A stretch of 56,947 nucleotides of DNA, from assembly GCA_000320545.1 (NCBI GenBank), contig ADNK01000148.1, positions 1 to 56,947 on the forward strand, given 5' to 3'. Position numbers and translations under genes: made by a program. This DNA is from Bigelowiella natans CCMP2755 (lineage: Eukaryota > Protista > Cercozoa). Positions 53,951 to 56,947 of the stretch are shown here, in pieces. The stretch's first letter is position 1. Each line of letters opens with the position of its first letter. Below the pieces are notes generated by a model. The model did not search any database and was not told the DNA's origin. It was given only the letters and a program-made list of their open reading frames with translations.

Positions 53951-55549
53951 ATGAAATTCGACACTTTCTTCTTTTTTCGCTTCCATACTGTGTTGATGGT
54001 TGTGTATGTTGAAACTTCAGCGTCGTTGTTTGTCGAGGGGCTGAGCTTGCAGTGCAGCGATGGCGGCAGTCTAGAGACGCAGTGCATCGTGAAAAATCAA
54101 GTCGGTGTCAAAAGATATGTATTCGCAGATAACTTCCCAACATATCGGCATATTTTAAACAAATCCTCTTGTCAATTTACTCTACGGACTCTTTTTTGAA
54201 TGAAATTTCCCATTCATATATTGGATGGCTATGTTCCTAGGTAATCACACTGAGCTCTGATACCTTCATTGGAGGCACCGGGGCATTGGTATGGACCCTG
54301 TTGCTGAATGCATCCGCTCACCACATTGAATATTGAAAAAACCTTTTTACCATACGGCCAGGTATTACAAAACTCTAGCATTAAAACAGAAGAGGGACTT
54401 CCGACGCTCACCCTCAATATTACAGTTGGCACTTTCAACATGACCGAGGTAGAGGAGAGAAGAAGAAGAAGATTCTAATATTAACAATATCATCTGCAAA
54501 GCCTCATCTCACTCTCAATCAGGGATCAACCCTGAACGCGTCGACCGTAATAGTGAGGAGCGCAGGCATCGTTTTTATAGGTAAAAGAAGCATGTTAACA
54601 GTCTGTTGCTGTACCTGAACCGAATCATCGATTTATAGACAAAAACTCTATCATACGGAGTATTTACTCGAAGTATCCTACTACGAGCCCGGGGGCAGCT
54701 CCAAAAGACTTTGAAGGAGGTATAAATCTCTTTCCTCGTAGCTGAGGAGCTATAAAGTTTGTTGATTCTTCCACGAGTGATCAATGGTTTGGATGTACAA
54801 AAAGGTGGCGGCCATGGCGGTGGAGGTGCTCCCTCGTGCTACGCACATATGCGTGTTGGCCATTCGTTCGGTAGGACGATGACGATATCAATGACGATGA
54901 ATATAAGGATGAGGCACAAATAGAAATCGAAATCGGTGACGAAGTTGGTATTGTCCTTTGTTGTCTTAGGAAATCCGTTGGTGACCAGTGAACTGTTCCC
55001 CGGGGGGCCGGGTTCTGGGAGTTTTGATCAACCAGGTGATGACTTTCGGGCCTATGTTTATTCCACACTCCCTATCACTGTGGTGGGAATTCTTCAGTAT
55101 ATTTGAAAAAACAAACTCCGACACAGGTGGCTATGGCGGCGGCATCATCCACATCGAGGCGGTCTCTTCGGATATCTACCTGCGTGGCCTTCTTGATGCC
55201 TCTGGTAGTGGTGGTGGTAGTAATGCGGTGTATAGAGTTTTGCAATTCATTCCATAGTCTTAAAGACAAAGGCCTCTTCTCACTCCTTGCTGTTCCCGTT
55301 TGTGGCGTTCCCCATACAGGCACGACACCTGTTATTTCTATCCCTGGACTCCGATGCGGCGGGGGTAGGGCAGTCCACTTTATCATTGTCTACTAGCATT
55401 GTTATTATCATCGTCATCATCCGAAATTCATAACTTGACCCAAACCCTTTCTTTCAGGCGCTGGTGGCACTGTGCTGTTAGAGGCTAATCAAATATTCGG
55501 CGATGGCACCGTTATTGCATGCGGAGGTCTGTATTTTGCTGTCGCGCCT

Positions 55550-55589
<40 letters not shown>

Positions 55590-55970
55590 CACACACATAC
55601 ACACACACTCACACTTAGATTCTCCATTGGCTCATCCTCCAACTCTAAACATAAAACTATTTATTTATTACACTTATGTATCTGTGTTCTCGCAGGGAAA
55701 GGTCTCAATGGTGGAGGGGGGGGTGGGGGGGGTGTGCTGCAGATTGATGCTGCTAAATTCGATGACGACTTGAACTTTGATACACACGGAGGTGAAATTC
55801 CCACAGACTGATAGACAGACAGACACGCAGACAGACCGTTGAATACGCATAGATCACACGCACACATATTCAGTTCCTTCCCCCCCTTGATTTCCCTTAC
55901 ATGCTGCTCTCCCACGATGTGTTAGGATCAAGCCCTCCTTGCTCAATCAATGTAAGCTGTAACATGTGGC

Positions 55971-56004
<34 letters not shown>

Positions 56005-56639
56005 GCAACAAGTGTAAACTAAGAAGGATAACAGAATATTTCGATGAAAATGCCTCCTATTCTCGTTCTCGCCTCGTTGCTTTTGTTCCATTCTGTTACT
56101 CTTTCTCAGGGTGGATCAGGCGTGCTGTTCTTTGCCAAGCAGAAAATGCTCAACTGCTCGGGGTTGCAAAACACAAAAGAGGGGGAGAGAAGGGCACTTA
56201 CACACAGATTCTCAAACACATACATGCGCGCGCATATTTATAGCTCAAAACATGAAATGAGAAATAAAATGCAAGGTTTTGATCGATGCCATCATTATAG
56301 ATTGATGTTATTGTGAATACTTCGCAGATCTCAAGGGCTTGACTACAACGACGTTGCCCCTACCACATGGGAGTGGCTGGGGAGTGACTCTATGCGTGCA
56401 CCTAACGTAGAAGGAGGAGGGGGAGAAGAAGGATTTGATAGTTTTATAGGAGGGGGTGCTGTTGGTTCTCCCCTTGGCTCCTTTGTAGGCGAAACTATCG
56501 TTCCTTTGGACTATCTCACCCTCACAGATGGCTGCTATGTTGATTGGTAGTAATAGTGAACAAGGAGAGAAGGAGGAGGAGAAGAAGAGGGAGAAAAGGA
56601 AGGAAGAGGATATGGAACCGAAGGGGGACTTCTATCACG

Positions 56640-56673
<34 letters not shown>

Positions 56674-56891
56674 TATTTCTTATCCCCCCACACTGGGGTT
56701 TCTCTGGTGTTCTCTCTCGTCCCTCCTCCCTACATTCTTCCGTCTCTAAGGCTAAATCAAGGCCCGGAATTCACGGTTGATAATCATTATTGAGATATGC
56801 TGCCACAGCTGTTTTAGTTGTATGTCGAATTTCTTTATATTGGCTGGTATCATGGTGCCTCATAATCATGTTTCAGGAACTCACACACACT

Positions 56892-56947
<56 letters not shown>
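53951..56947 (+). CDS. Large Gly-rich secreted/membrane protein resembling the Arabidopsis At5g11700/At4g32920-type family; 5' part only
   Basis: Hydrophobic leader, then CSDGGSLETQC, GGGHGGGGAPSC, GGYGGGIIHIEAV…LRGLLDASG, GAGGTVLLEANQIFGDGTVIACG, GGGGGGGVLQIDAAKFDDDLNFDTHGG, GGSGVLF. The order matches my recollection of that family; not search-verified. Confidence 0.65.

Noticed and set aside
1-56947. rRNA, tRNA, telomeric repeats, intact transposons or viral genes
   Set aside because: No recognisable motifs by eye; tRNAscan, Infernal or RepeatMasker would be needed to exclude small or degenerate ones.

Overview
Eukaryotic, intron-rich nuclear DNA from a protist (lineage not determinable from sequence alone). 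Most introns are loaded with microsatellites, so many short six-frame ORFs are artefacts. Manual GT-AG splicing supports about 12 genes. In order: (-) PTTCG-repeat mucin-like protein running off the left edge; (+) NRF-domain/acyltransferase-3 protein; (-) CS/p23-NudC-like co-chaperone; (+) BRCT-containing DNA polymerase lambda; (-) RS-rich KH-domain protein; (+) GT23/FUT8-like fucosyltransferase; (-) PH-CRIB-STE20 kinase; (+) class C-like 7TM receptor with a phosphonate-binding-protein-like ectodomain; (-) NHL beta-propeller protein; (-) TBC RabGAP with C-terminal PH; (-) small type I membrane protein; (+) large Gly-rich secreted/membrane protein running off the right edge. I saw no rRNA, tRNA, CRISPR array or transposase. 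The most notable items are the receptor architecture and its head-to-head kinase neighbour, an NHL propeller split by a large acidic insert, an SPSK repeat array on Pol lambda, the two-length higher-order repeat of the mucin, and CTAG/CATG palindrome clusters in 3' intergenic spacers. No clearly new system is demonstrated. Gene ends and exon borders are manual estimates, and family assignments rest on motif recognition, not database searches.
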